Origin: Candidatus Saccharimonadota bacterium
Lineage (GTDB): Bacteria; Pseudomonadota; Alphaproteobacteria; CAJXXZ01; 1604HC
Direction: 5' to 3'
Length of the DNA stretch: 32,000 nt
Assembly (NCBI RefSeq): GCF_008189525.1
Contig: NZ_CP043314.1
Coordinates: forward strand, 450,001-482,000
This document shows, one piece after another, positions 17,716 through 25,925 of the stretch. The notes beneath the pieces are model-generated. The model saw only the letters and a program-made list of their open reading frames with translations, was not told the origin of the DNA and ran no database searches. A program made the position numbers and the translations under genes. Every line of letters starts with the position of its first letter. Positions within the stretch are counted from its first letter, which is position 1.

Positions 17716-18358
17716 AATGAAAACTAAAGGACAATTCTCCAATAGCAGCATGAATGATAAAAATTCTCTGCACAAATCAAATTTAGAAATAATAAATGAA
17801 ATTCTAGACACAGAACAGAGTAATGATAAAGAAAACATGAACTTGAACACCAATTCACTTACAATTGCATACATAGACACTCCATTAGGAAAGATGTGCG
17901 CAATCTCTGATAACAAATCACTTTTCTTATTAGAATTCATTGACAAAAAAAATCTAAAACAAGAAATTGAGAAAATAAAAAAACAATCCAAATTATCCCT
18001 AGGCTCAACCACCCCAATTAAAGGAATAACAAAAGAATTAAACTTATATTTTTCAGGAAACTTACAGAGCTTCACAACCACAGTTTCATTTACAGGAAGC
18101 AAGTTTCAAACCAAAGCATGGCAAGAATTATCCAAAATACCATATGGAAAAACAATAAGCTATTCAACACAAGCCCAGTCTATGAAAAAAGAAAAAGCAT
18201 TCAGAGCTGTTGCAAATGCAAATGGTGCAAACACATTAGTTATAATAATTCCATGCCATAGAGTAATTGGATCAAATGGCAAAATGGGAGGATATAGCTG
18301 TGGCTTACAAAGAAAACAGTGGCTCCTGGATCATGAAAAGAAATACAGCTTTTCCTAA
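17681..18358 (+). CDS. ogt: Methylated-DNA--protein-cysteine methyltransferase (O6-alkylguanine transferase)
   Basis: Active-site IIIPCHRVIGSNGKMGGYSCGLQRKQWLLDHE (PCHRV motif) plus the helix-turn-helix TISYSTQAQSM...FRAVANANGAN. The start is uncertain: the track start is TTG. The Met at 17837 (MNLNTNSLTIAYIDTPLG) would give a typical ~173-aa Ogt. Confidence 0.88.
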   Translation: MTYSKFKNTFKQMKTKGQFSNSSMNDKNSLHKSNLEIINEILDTEQSNDKENMNLNTNSLTIAYIDTPLGKMCAISDNKSLFLLEFIDKKNLKQEIEKIKKQSKLSLGSTTPIKGITKELNLYFSGNLQSFTTTVSFTGSKFQTKAWQELSKIPYGKTISYSTQAQSMKKEKAFRAVANANGANTLVIIIPCHRVIGSNGKMGGYSCGLQRKQWLLDHEKKYSFS

Positions 18359-18464
18359 TCAAAAAATAAACATCAAAATCATGCGAACAAGAAAGAACAA
18401 ATAAAAATAAATCCAATAAATCACAAACACACAATTTTATTGTACATTTAATGCATGAGAATAT

Positions 18465-18908
18465 ATGAGAATTTGGAGCATTGAACCTAAATATTTAGAT
18501 TCAAAAGGATTAATTGCCCTGTGGAGAGAATCTCTACTAGCTCAAAATGTACTTTTTGGACACACAAAAGGATACAAGCATCACCCTCAACTTATCAGAT
18601 TCAAAGAGCATAAAAATCCAACCCAAGCAATGTCAAAATATCTGCACTATGTTTCTGAAGAAGCAAGGAATAGAAGCTATAACTTCAATGCATCAAAAAT
18701 AAAACATGAACTAGACTCTATAATTGACATAGACCTAATCACTGTTTCCACAAAACAAATCCAATATGAATGGAGTCATTTGCTGCACAAAATAAAAAAT
18801 AGAGACTGCACGCATTACGAAAAAATTAAACAAATAAAAGAAGTAGAACCAAACCCTTTATTTAAAATAGTTAGCGGAGAAATAGAGAAATGGGAAAAGA
18901 TAGCATAA
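18465..18908 (+). CDS. Pyrimidine-dimer DNA glycosylase (T4 endonuclease V / DenV-like, Pyr_excise family)
   Basis: The N-terminus MRIWSIEPKYLDSKGLIALWRESLLAQNVLFGHTKGYKHHPQLIRF matches my recollection of the family consensus (MRLWSLHPKYLD.KGL.ALWRE.LLA..VL.G.T.GY.HHPQL.RF). Confidence 0.8.
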   Translation: MRIWSIEPKYLDSKGLIALWRESLLAQNVLFGHTKGYKHHPQLIRFKEHKNPTQAMSKYLHYVSEEARNRSYNFNASKIKHELDSIIDIDLITVSTKQIQYEWSHLLHKIKNRDCTHYEKIKQIKEVEPNPLFKIVSGEIEKWEKIA

Positions 18909-19023
18909 GACAACGAATCCTTACAAAAAAACAAGCATAAAAAGAATTAATAACCTTTGCAAAGTAAATACTTATCAAAACATTAATAAACTTTATTTAC
19001 TATCAAACCTGAAGGGCTTTAAA

Positions 19024-19611
19024 ATGATTATAAAAAAATTAACAGAAAAAATACATCAATATAAATATGAGCTTATTGGTATAGCGATATCCTTATTAAT
19101 AGGAATTTTCTATAGCTACTTAATAAAACACTCTGCTATATATACTCACAATCCATCTTACAGCATGAGCAAGTGCTATTTAAAATGCATATTTAAACTT
19201 TCAACCTATATTGTAACAGGAATTGCATTTGGAAAAATGATAAAGAAAAGTTATGAAATACCCTGCTTAACCAGATTATTATTAGTTCAACTAACATTAA
19301 CAATTGCATGGGCTCCTACATTCTTTCTAGCCAAAAGAACTGGGCTAAGCTTAATAATATCCTTACTTATGCTAATCACTTTATTCAGGTTGCTCTGCAA
19401 ATCCAGAAAAAGCAAAAAAATCTTAATCCTAATGACTCCTTATCTTATATGGTCATTGTTTATGTTTTTTATGAACTTTAAAATATGGATGTCAAAGTCC
19501 AAAATTTGTAAGTATGGATGCGGCAAAAATGCTATAGTAATTAACTTACAGAAAAACGGAATACTACCTGAAAAGAAAAATAATTCAGGATTCCTAAGCA
19601 GATTTTACTAA
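19024..19611 (+). CDS. tspO: Divergent TspO/MBR-family membrane protein
   Basis: The C-terminal half VQLTLTIAWAPTFFLAKRTGLSLI...LMTPYLIWSLFMFFMNFKIW aligns with Rhodobacter TspO AQLAFNTLWTPVFFGMKRMATAL...FVPYLIWATATTGLNFEAMRLN. The N-terminal Trp-rich motif is not conserved, and there is an extra ~35-aa C-terminal tail. Confidence 0.6.
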   Translation: MIIKKLTEKIHQYKYELIGIAISLLIGIFYSYLIKHSAIYTHNPSYSMSKCYLKCIFKLSTYIVTGIAFGKMIKKSYEIPCLTRLLLVQLTLTIAWAPTFFLAKRTGLSLIISLLMLITLFRLLCKSRKSKKILILMTPYLIWSLFMFFMNFKIWMSKSKICKYGCGKNAIVINLQKNGILPEKKNNSGFLSRFY

Positions 19612-19775
19612 AAAAAATACCAACAACAAAATCTTATAAACAAATGAAAATTGGCAGTAGAAAGAATTGGATAGCTTTATAAAATCTAATTTATTTAACA
19701 ATATAAACAAAAAAACACTCTTAATTGCGCACAAAAGCTATATACAGACACTTCAAAACTTAAACAATTTATTAG

Positions 19776-21140
19776 TTAAATTATGAAGTAAGATGCTGCT
19801 ATAAGTATTGCAGCGTTCCCGACTATATCTGTTGACGCTGTAAGGAAAGATCCTGCGCTCAAAGCTGGATCAAACCTAAATTTAGTCAATATCATTGGGA
19901 TCATCATTCCAACAAATCCTGACCAAACTATATTTACCAGTATGGCAAGAGAAAATACTAATGATATTTTCGGAGAAATATAGAAATAAGAAATCAGACC
20001 GAACAAGCTTGCAAAAAACACTCCATTAGACAACGCAACAGTGATTTCTTTCCTTAAAACCCTTGCTGCATTTAACTTACTAATTTGCTGATTAGACAGC
20101 GCCCTAATTATAACAGCCACAACTTGCATCCCAGCATTTCCTCCTATGGATGCAGTAATAGGCATAACAATAGCCAAAGCTGCATTCTTAGAAATAACAC
20201 TCTGGAACTGTGCAATAACACTTGAAGAAAGCATTGCTGTGCAGCTAGACATAAAAAGCCACTTAAATCTAGATTTTGTAGTATCTATTGTATTAGAATG
20301 CAATCCATCATCCTCAACACCAGCAAGATGCAAGAAATCCTCTTCTCGTTCTCTATATATAATATCTATAACTATGTGAGAATCTATTACACCTATCAAC
20401 TTGCCATTATTATTAACAACAGGCGCAGAAACCAAAGAATATTGCTTAAAAATCAAAGCAACTTCTTCTTGATCAGAATAAGAAGAAATTGAGATATCCT
20501 CATCTGACATGCAGTCACTCAGGGTAGAATATTTATCGAACTTATAAACATTACTTAAAGATATATGCCCAACAGGTCTGTTTTGCAAATCCACTACAAA
20601 TATGTAATAAAAATCCTCTGGCAAATGCTTTGCATTCTTTAAAAATTTTATAGTCTTTTCTAATGTCCAGTTCAATGGCAAAGCAACTATCTGATAAGAC
20701 ATAAGCCTTCCTGCACTTTTTTCAGGATAGCTAAGACTTTTCTCCAAAAACACTCTGTCATCATGATTTATAAGCTTCAATATTGCTTTTCTATGCTCTG
20801 GATGCAAATCAGAAAGAATTTCTAAAGCATAATGCTCATCCAAGTTAGCCAAAGCCTTTCCAAGCTTGTCATTTGCCCATTTATGTAATATTTCTTCCCT
20901 AACAGCATCTTCTAAAAATGCAAGAATGTAATAATCAAAATCATCACCTAAAAATTTTATTAATTTGCTTCTTTGAGATACAGAAAGGTAATGCATTATA
21001 TTTGCTGCTTCAGAGGCATGCAAATGAGAGAAAATTCCTCTTATATCCCCTTCTAAATTATTATTAATAGAATGTATTACAAGAGCAGTTCTTCTTTGAG
21101 AATCATCGTACCTGTTTTTAGTTAGAACTAGATAAGACAT
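19776..21140 (-). CDS. mgtE: Magnesium transporter MgtE
   Basis: N-domain (HASEAANIMHYLS...), tandem CBS region (SAGRLMS...VVDLQNRPVGHISL...APVVNNNGKLIGVID) and a TM domain with SIGGNAGMQVVAVIIRAL. Confidence 0.9.
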   Translation of the reverse strand: MSYLVLTKNRYDDSQRRTALVIHSINNNLEGDIRGIFSHLHASEAANIMHYLSVSQRSKLIKFLGDDFDYYILAFLEDAVREEILHKWANDKLGKALANLDEHYALEILSDLHPEHRKAILKLINHDDRVFLEKSLSYPEKSAGRLMSYQIVALPLNWTLEKTIKFLKNAKHLPEDFYYIFVVDLQNRPVGHISLSNVYKFDKYSTLSDCMSDEDISISSYSDQEEVALIFKQYSLVSAPVVNNNGKLIGVIDSHIVIDIIYREREEDFLHLAGVEDDGLHSNTIDTTKSRFKWLFMSSCTAMLSSSVIAQFQSVISKNAALAIVMPITASIGGNAGMQVVAVIIRALSNQQISKLNAARVLRKEITVALSNGVFFASLFGLISYFYISPKISLVFSLAILVNIVWSGFVGMMIPMILTKFRFDPALSAGSFLTASTDIVGNAAILIAASYFII

Positions 21141-22839
21141 CAGCTATCCTTGTCAATAATATTCCCAGGTATGCTGCGTTCCTAACAGAACTTTTATTAT
21201 TAAACTCCATATTAATCTGATTAATTGTCATGGACAGCCTCCCACAAAAGTCTTTCCTTCTTTCTAAATCTCTGCATTGGCTAGATTCTACAACAGGAAC
21301 TATTAACAAATCCTTACCAAAAATACTTTTAAATAGATCTTTTATTACTTTAGATTTTTCAGATCCAGTTTCACTTAGAGCAATCCAAGGCTTGTCATTC
21401 AAACCAAATACCCATAGCAATCTTTCAGCGTTACAAGAATTAGAAATTGGAAGTAAAGTATTATGAGATTCAATATCAATATCCAAATTTAAATCCCAAC
21501 ACTTAAACAATTCTGAAATTATAAAACTTGTCTCAGAACTGTTTCCTTTTAGAGATATTGCAGATTTTCCTTTTGAATTAAAAATATATTCAGAATTAGG
21601 ATTTAGTCTTTTTTCTATCAAAACACCATGATCATCCACTTTCTTACCTACTCCAGTTTCAAAAGCTGCTTGCGCAACTGCCTGTGAAACTTTCTGAGAC
21701 AAAAGCTCATTTAATGGCCCAGGGATTATAAAATCTTTTCCAAATTTATCAGATATCCTAGCAATCTTAGATATTCCATCTATGCAAGCTTTTTTCATCT
21801 CCCAATTCATTTTCTTAGACTCTGAATCCAAAGCCCCTCTAAAAATATATGGAAAACAAAGTACGTTATTAACCTGATTAGGCAAATCACTCCTACCTGT
21901 TGCAACTATACAGTCGCTTCTTACTGAATGAGCTTCATCAGGCATTATTTCAGGGACCGGATTAGCTAATCCAAATATGATAGGATTCTTGTTCATATCT
22001 GCAACCATATCTTTCTTCAACTTACCTGCGACAGAAAGTCCTAAGAACACATCAGTTCCCTTGAAAGCATCTTTAAATTCTACAGATTCTTTTTGCATAT
22101 ATGCTTTTTTATATTCATTCAAGTCATCTCTAGATTCACTAACTAGCCCCTTGGAATCAAACAAGTATACATTTTCCTTCTTAAGCCCTAGATTAACCAT
22201 GGCATCTAAGCATGCCAGCGCTGCTGCCCCTGCTCCACTTACAATTATTTTTATGTCTGACCATTTCTTGTCAACTAAATGCAAAGCATTCTCTAAACCA
22301 GCACAAGCAACTATTGCTGTACCATGTTGATCATCATGAAAAACAGGGATATCAAGCCTTTTCTGAAGCTCTTTTTCTACCACAAAACATTCTGGAGCTT
22401 TTATATCTTCCAAATTTATAGCACCAAAAGAATCACCTATTTTTGCTACACATTCAATTATTTTATCTGCATTGCTTTCAGAAACTTCTATGTCTACACC
22501 ATATAAACCAGCCATACCGTTCATCAAAACACATTTGCCTTCCATGACAGGCTTAGAAGCTAAAGGACCTATGTTTCCTAAACCAAGCACAGCTGTTCCA
22601 TTACTAATTACTGCAACAGTGTTTTGTTTAGAAGTATATTCCATTACCATTTTAGGATTTTCTTTTATGTCAGAGCAGACCACAGCAACTCCCGGAGAGT
22701 AAGCTAAGCTCATATCAACATGAGATAGTGGTTTTGTGGAATGCATACCAAACTTACCGTTAGGAAAAGAGGAGTGATATTCTCTAGCTCTATCTTCAAG
22801 ACTACTAATTTTCTTAGAATCAAAATCTTTTTTTGACAT
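21118..22839 (-). CDS. maeB: NAD(P)-dependent malic enzyme (MaeB-type) with short, degenerate C-terminal domain
   Basis: LAYSPGVAVVC...AVISNGTAVLGLGNIGPLASKPVMEGKCVLM...INLEDIKAPECF...PVFHDDQHGTAIV...SGAGAAALAC...ANPVPEIMPDEA...ATGRSDLPNQVNNVLCFPYIFRGALD. The start is set at ATG 22839 (MSKKDFDSKK) because the longer ORF-track start (22905) runs into tRNA-Leu. The stop overlaps the mgtE start by 23 nt. Confidence 0.85.
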   Translation of the reverse strand: MSKKDFDSKKISSLEDRAREYHSSFPNGKFGMHSTKPLSHVDMSLAYSPGVAVVCSDIKENPKMVMEYTSKQNTVAVISNGTAVLGLGNIGPLASKPVMEGKCVLMNGMAGLYGVDIEVSESNADKIIECVAKIGDSFGAINLEDIKAPECFVVEKELQKRLDIPVFHDDQHGTAIVACAGLENALHLVDKKWSDIKIIVSGAGAAALACLDAMVNLGLKKENVYLFDSKGLVSESRDDLNEYKKAYMQKESVEFKDAFKGTDVFLGLSVAGKLKKDMVADMNKNPIIFGLANPVPEIMPDEAHSVRSDCIVATGRSDLPNQVNNVLCFPYIFRGALDSESKKMNWEMKKACIDGISKIARISDKFGKDFIIPGPLNELLSQKVSQAVAQAAFETGVGKKVDDHGVLIEKRLNPNSEYIFNSKGKSAISLKGNSSETSFIISELFKCWDLNLDIDIESHNTLLPISNSCNAERLLWVFGLNDKPWIALSETGSEKSKVIKDLFKSIFGKDLLIVPVVESSQCRDLERRKDFCGRLSMTINQINMEFNNKSSVRNAAYLGILLTRIADVLSSSN

Positions 22840-22863
22840 AAAACAACCTCTTTTCGTGAAAAG

Positions 22864-22947
22864 TACGGTTGAGAAGACTCGAACTTCCATAGGGTTAACC
22901 CCCACAACGACCTCAACGTTGCGCGTCTACCATTCCGCCACAACCGT
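22864..22947 (-). tRNA. tRNA-Leu (GAG), type II, CCA not encoded
   Basis: Reverse complement folds as ACGGTTG-TG-GCGGAATGGTAGACGC-G-CAACG-ttGAGgt-CGTTG-TGGGGGTTAACCCTAT-GGAAG-TTCGAGT-CTTCT-CAACCGT-A. It is followed by CTT, not CCA, and has G37 3' of the anticodon. Confidence 0.85.
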
Positions 22948-23149
22948 ATCCTTAAAAGATATTATTATATTAAAATAAAGTCAAACATTAACAAGAATCA
23001 CAAGCTATCACAAAGAGATATAAGAAACTTATAAGCAAAATTATAGGAATATATACAAAGTGTAAATTCTATAATCATACAAACAAATTTAAAACACTCA
23101 AAACATATAAATAAATATAACAATCAAATTATAAAAATATATAGAACTT

Positions 23150-25333
23150 TTATATAGGAAGCAATGAGCTTACTATTCTCTTCATTTTTATATTTTTCCT
23201 TATAACTGGATCAGATACATCACCCTCTACTACAAAATTCAAATCGTGATTTTCCTTATTAACCAGTCCAGATATTTCATTAAACACTGTTCTGGATTGC
23301 ATTCTTCCATTTATAAAAATTTTATTATCCTTACTTAAATACCCTTCTCCATCAAATACAGAAAACACATTGGAAAGTTTAAACTCTTTTATATTATATT
23401 GTCCATTTATTAAGCTTCCTGAGCACTCGAAAAGATCCCAAGTATCTCTGCTGTACTTCATCATTTTAGTCCAATATGTTATAGAAAATAGATTTATAAA
23501 AATGGAATCTAACTTTGCTTTAGTTCTCATATCTTTTATTTTGAAATCCCAGTCTATAACTTTATTAGAAAAATCAATGCTCCCCAACAAATGCCCACCA
23601 TTCTTAACTAAGTTATTTTCAGACAACAGTGAAATCATTTTACCAAAATCAAAAAGCTCAATATTCACAAGTAGCCCATTCTTACTCCAGAGATATATAG
23701 GTTTCTTATCACAATAAGCCTGAAATACTATTGCAGAGTCACTAGTTTTTTTGGTATTGAATATCAAATGAGCATCATCCAAGTATAGATTCCCATGCAC
23801 AAAAATTTCTTTGAAAAATGAATCAATAACAACTGAAACTCCCAATCCAGGACCTTTAAACATGCCCAAATCAACAAGATTGCAATTAAAGTAATTACCC
23901 TCACTTTTTACAAACATGTTCATGCTTTGATCAAAATACCCAGAGCCCTTCATATGAACCTGAGAAGTATCTATGAAGAAATTAAAATCAGTTTTTCTCA
24001 AATTAATCTTAGAGCTGACCTGCAAATTACCAGAATCAATTTTGACATAACTTTTATCACCCAGAGCAACACTCCACTTCAAGTGTTTTTGATGTAAATC
24101 CAAGCAGTTCAAATGTATTTCTTGAGTCTTTGAGCTGTTTTTGCTAGTTATTTCTATTCCATTTTCATTGAATTGAGCTGTAAAAGAAAGATCTAAGTAA
24201 CATTTATGATCACAGAAATCATGAGATTTTATAAACCCAACACCAATCCCATCATTGTATTTAAATCCAACTTTTGTTCCATTGAAATCTTTACAAGAAA
24301 AATCAACCTTATCAAAATTACAATATTTATTAACGAAGTTAACTTTTTTGTTCTTTATACAATTCTTTAATTTTGTTTTTCCAGTGGCATGTTTTTTAGA
24401 GTTACTTTTCAGTTTGTTTCCAGATTTAGAGCTATTATCTCTTTCATATTTTTTCTCTTTAGCTTCTGCGAAGCTTGTGTTTAATTTTTCCACACAAGGC
24501 TCATCTAAATAATATAAACATTCTTCATTTTTACTTTCATTATCTATATGAATATTATCAGAGCCTAGACTGTTTTCTGAATTTGTTAAGCTATTACTAT
24601 TGTCAGAGATTCTATCATTGATTGTGTTATGAAGATCTGGAGTGTTAGGTGTATTGCAACTCTTTAATCCCTCGCTTGAACAATCAACCTCTTCATTTTT
24701 CTTAAAATCTGTAGTTTGCTTTAAACATCTTCTTGCAAGTTTTCCAAAAGAACTGCTTTTTATATTCTTGCTCAAATTCAACTGCAAAGATTCATTTCTA
24801 AAGTTCAGCAAGAAAGAATTATCATTTATCAACATGAACCCCTTAGAGTTTTTTTCAAAAGTGATTTCTAAGCCCTTGCTTTCAGAAAATAAAAACCTTC
24901 CCCCACAATTAAACCCTAAAACGCTAAAATCATAAACATAATTATCATCTAAATAGAAATAAGAGATTTTTTTATTGGATTTACTTACCTCAATCTTGAC
25001 CCCATCTCTGTAGTCACATAGCAAACCAAATTCGCTTCCGTATAGAGTTAAGTTTTCCATAACTAAGTTTTGTTTATTTAAATTTGCTTCTATTTTTTTT
25101 ACAGAGAAATCTTTAGAAACAAAACCTTTTAATCCAAAAACATTGTTTTTAAAATATATTTCCTGAAATTCAGATTTTGTTCCAATTAAAAAATCAAAAC
25201 TCTTTCTGTACAAAGATGTAAATATAGCAAATATGATCAAATAATTAAAACATGAAATTGTAAACACTAAAGTACTAAAGAACTTCCAAGAAAGTACAGC
25301 CATGAATCTAAAGAAATTTTTTAAAATTTTCAT
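23150..25333 (-). CDS. Membrane-anchored 727-aa hypothetical protein (possibly AsmA-family)
   Basis: N-terminal TM segment (FSTLVFTISCFNYLIIFAIFTSLY), long predicted periplasmic body, central S/N/K-rich low-complexity region. The C-terminal ...VVEGDVSDPVIRKNIK... resembles the AsmA_2 ending (G.l.nP.v). The family assignment is weak. Confidence 0.4.
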   Translation of the reverse strand: MKILKNFFRFMAVLSWKFFSTLVFTISCFNYLIIFAIFTSLYRKSFDFLIGTKSEFQEIYFKNNVFGLKGFVSKDFSVKKIEANLNKQNLVMENLTLYGSEFGLLCDYRDGVKIEVSKSNKKISYFYLDDNYVYDFSVLGFNCGGRFLFSESKGLEITFEKNSKGFMLINDNSFLLNFRNESLQLNLSKNIKSSSFGKLARRCLKQTTDFKKNEEVDCSSEGLKSCNTPNTPDLHNTINDRISDNSNSLTNSENSLGSDNIHIDNESKNEECLYYLDEPCVEKLNTSFAEAKEKKYERDNSSKSGNKLKSNSKKHATGKTKLKNCIKNKKVNFVNKYCNFDKVDFSCKDFNGTKVGFKYNDGIGVGFIKSHDFCDHKCYLDLSFTAQFNENGIEITSKNSSKTQEIHLNCLDLHQKHLKWSVALGDKSYVKIDSGNLQVSSKINLRKTDFNFFIDTSQVHMKGSGYFDQSMNMFVKSEGNYFNCNLVDLGMFKGPGLGVSVVIDSFFKEIFVHGNLYLDDAHLIFNTKKTSDSAIVFQAYCDKKPIYLWSKNGLLVNIELFDFGKMISLLSENNLVKNGGHLLGSIDFSNKVIDWDFKIKDMRTKAKLDSIFINLFSITYWTKMMKYSRDTWDLFECSGSLINGQYNIKEFKLSNVFSVFDGEGYLSKDNKIFINGRMQSRTVFNEISGLVNKENHDLNFVVEGDVSDPVIRKNIKMKRIVSSLLPI

Positions 25334-25421
25334 TTTCCTAATTTGTTAACTAACCTTATCTAACACAATATAAATTTCTATTAATTTCTAGAAGCAAAGC
25401 TTCATAAAACACAGAACAACC

Positions 25422-25925
25422 TTATATAGGATTTATTATAACAGAAACTCTAGCCCTCTCTTTAGGAACTCTAGAATCTGCTTTTCCTACATCATTCAAA
25501 TTCTCTATAAACTTATTTAAAACATTTTTTACGTTATCATCCAAATGAATCAATTCTCTTCCTCTAAATTTAAGAACTATTTTCACCTTATGTCTCTGCT
25601 CTAAAAATTTCCTAGCCCTGTTTATTTTTGTCATTAAATCATTTTCACCTATATTAGGTCTGATTTGAATTTCTTTTAGAGCTTGTACTTTTTCTTTCTT
25701 TTGTTTCTTTTGCTTATATTTCTCTTGATTGTAATCCATGACTTTACAAATAGGCACATCAGAATCAGACATTTTCACCAAATCTAACCCTTTGTCTTTG
25801 GCGTATTGCAAAGCAGAAAAGAAAGGCATTTCCCCTAGATTATCACCCCCATGAATGACAACAACTCTCTCTGCCCTTATTTCCTTATTAATTAGATCTT
25901 TTTTCTGCTTTTTTTTACTCTTCAT
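25422..25925 (-). CDS. infC: Translation initiation factor IF-3
   Basis: INKEIRAERVVVI...LGEMPFFSALQYAKDKGLDLVKMS...VPICKVMDYNQEKYKQKKQKKE...KEIQIRPNIGENDL..K....FLEQRHKVKIVLKFRGRE. It lies immediately after thrS, as in the canonical thrS-infC operon. The start codon is uncertain because IF-3 often uses non-ATG starts. Confidence 0.9.
   Translation of the reverse strand: MKSKKKQKKDLINKEIRAERVVVIHGGDNLGEMPFFSALQYAKDKGLDLVKMSDSDVPICKVMDYNQEKYKQKKQKKEKVQALKEIQIRPNIGENDLMTKINRARKFLEQRHKVKIVLKFRGRELIHLDDNVKNVLNKFIENLNDVGKADSRVPKERARVSVIINPI

Noticed and set aside
17653-18102. 149-aa minus-strand ORF overlapping the 5' half of ogt, and the 64-aa ORF at 18240-18434.
   Set aside because: They are antisense to the well-supported Ogt coding frame. 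The hydrophobic low-complexity translations have no motif support, and the padR gene already ends the minus-strand unit at 17590.
22710-22943. 77-aa minus-strand ORF, and the 22-codon N-terminal extension of the malic-enzyme ORF (22840-22905).
   Set aside because: Both run through a cleanly folding tRNA-Leu(GAG) at 22864-22947. The malic enzyme has a sensible ATG at 22839 (MSKKDF...).
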